From Sphaerodactylus townsendi (taxonomy: Eukaryota): a stretch of 64,000 nucleotides of DNA. Shown here piece by piece: positions 61,960 through 64,000 of this stretch (the first letter of the stretch is position 1; each line of letters begins with the position of its first letter). The DNA is taken from assembly GCF_021028975.2 (NCBI RefSeq), contig NC_059425.1:110732001-110796000 (forward strand). The letters run 5' to 3'. Below the pieces are notes generated by a model. It saw only the letters and a program-made list of their open reading frames with translations. It did not search any database and was not told the DNA's origin. The translations under genes and the position numbers were made by a program.

Positions 61960-64000
61960 ATTTCACACTATCCCCCTTGCCTGCATAAAACACAAGACCC
62001 TCACATTAGTTAACCTTGAACAAGTTTATATTTCATTTTAACTTGAGCAACCTAGCTATGGTTGCTTTAAACATTCCATCACATTTGTTTCCACCCTTCT
62101 TCCAAGAAGAGCTCAGCTCCTCCTCCATTTTACTCCACCTCAGTCCATATGGCAATGGCTTGAGCAGCACCATCACAAGGGCCCAGGGCTGGGAAGTGGT
62201 GGGAAAAGGCAACCATTCTTCCGACAGCAGCTGCCATGCCACCAGCCAGAAGGCAGCTGAGCTCTTACTTACATCAGCAAGCTTGGCTTGGATCCAGCAA
62301 CCAGCCAGTTGGGTCCAGGAGATTTTGTGAATTCCATCCCCTTCCCCTCCCGTGTCACTGGACTCAGTGCGATCAGTGGTTCTGGGCATCTTTCAATGCA
62401 ATTCAAGACAAAGTTGATATTGAAGTCAACAGGGGACTATTCTCATTAGGACTCCACTACAGGTCCGGGAAACTCTATGGAACTCCCATTTTGTATGGGG
62501 CAGCTGACTCATTCAGCTTCTGCCTCCCTCTGTGAAGGAATGAGCTGAGTCATAAGCTAAAGAGAAGCGGGGGAAATCTTTTTTAGTACTGCAAGGAAGC
62601 AAGCCCAGAACCTTCTCTCCCAGTTCACCCTGCTGCTGCTGCAGGTCCTCCCAGCTCCAAGAGCATTGAAAGCCACTTTGAGGTCCTAAACCACAGAAAA
62701 GTAATCTAATCTGGTAGTAATTACTCAATCATGTGCCAGTAAATTATATGTGTTATGTGAATAAATGACACACTCAGCATTGCTATTCTCTCTGTAAACA
62801 CAGAAGTCTGGGAAGAGGACAAGAGAAACAATTTGAACATTCCATCACAGCATCCCATTCTTGTTTTAGTTCAGGGGCTCAGTTGCTCCCTCAGTCATGT
62901 TCAGATTGTTGTTCTGGCCTAGTCACTGGTTTCCTTTTAATTCAGCATTCTGTTTCTATCAATAGTAAGTCAAACACTTCTGGGAGACATTTCAGGCGAG
63001 AAGAAGAAAAACATGCTCTTTTTCTTTGCCCCCCAGCTGCTGGGCTTTAACGCATGAAAAGAGAGTTTCATTTTAACTACCATGGTTTGGTGTGAAGAAT
63101 TAATGATAACCATGGCTTGGCAAACTTGTTAACAGTATTAATTTCATCTTTGCTTCAATATCATGTTTTACACACTCATGTTACTAACAGATGTACTTGT
63201 TTCAAACTACAATTCACTGAGCTTGTTAAAAAAAATGCTATAGCTATGGTTGGAAAATTTGACATCTGAACTTGGATACTCCCCAGACCCCTTGTGAAAT
63301 GCACCTCCCTTTTCACTGTGATGCACTGTGATATTTACTGAAGTGAAAATACAGAGGGAACTTCTAGTTACACTGGGAAAGTAGATTCAATTTTAAAACA
63401 TTTTTTTCTAAAATCTCTGATAGGGTTGAGCAAACAGCCATTCCAGATTTAAAAGGCAACTTTCAGAAAATACAAAACCAACCCACAACAATGTTGTATA
63501 TGCCCATATTGTAATGGGAAAATTCTTCTAAGCCTTTCTCCATGGGCACTATGGATATGATACCATCCCATCCCACCTTGAGGTTTCTCTTTAAATAATA
63601 ACAGGGAGAGACTAAAGTTGATAGTTTGAACAACTACTAAAAACACTCTTTTTTCTCTGTTTTTATTTTGTCTTAAGGAAACTGAAATTCAGATGTAGCA
63701 GTGATTGCCACCTGCTCCCAATTTTTATGGGGACCCATTTTTATCTGCATAGTAAGTCAACAAGCTAGAATTTCATAGCATTTTTATTGAAAGAATTTTG
63801 CGCCTGCATGGATATCAATTGGTCTTGCTTTATTTTAAAAAAAATATGCATCTGAAAATAGACAAAATAAAAGCCTGAGGGAAAGTAATAGCAAAACGTA
63901 CTGGGTTTTTTTTTAGTTGTTTTGTAGAACTAAAGTGTGAAGCATTATTATTTTGCCTGAACAGCTCTTCTGAGCTCTACTTCAGGATATTAGATATAGT

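Overview
Vertebrate genomic DNA from a squamate reptile, most likely a gecko. This is inferred from Squam3-type and 5S/Sauria-type SINEs, lizard-type CR1 tails and a sauropsid-like TMEM200A. The only host protein-coding sequence I can support is the single coding exon of TMEM200A on the minus strand (28472..29947, 491 aa). It has a splice acceptor 16 nt upstream of the ATG and a probable ~1.9 kb 3'UTR ending near an AATAAA at 26555-26560. Sequence right of ~30 kb is therefore probably 5' intron, and sequence left of ~26.5 kb is downstream intergenic. The rest of the window is a dense, partly nested transposon landscape: at least eight non-autonomous hAT-type elements with visible 8-bp target-site duplications (TSDs), two clear and one probable non-autonomous Helitrons, a decayed Penelope-like retroelement (RT + GIY-YIG), a Gypsy chromovirus 3' end (chromodomain, PPT, LTR), CR1 and L2 3' ends, tRNA- and 5S-derived SINEs, Harbinger-like MITEs and many short tandem duplications. 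There is one 141-bp assembly gap. Nearly all other ORFs in the track are chance ORFs in GC-rich repeats. I found no convincing new multi-gene system. The best leads are a unique 39-bp-stem hairpin in the intron, a hairpin MITE in the 3'UTR whose body recurs with two different hAT termini and carries ZNF143/THAP11-type motifs, a chromodomain relic framed by a splice acceptor and an LTR polyA signal, and Helitrons that share ends but carry different cargo. Repeat family names come from recalled motifs, not from a database search.
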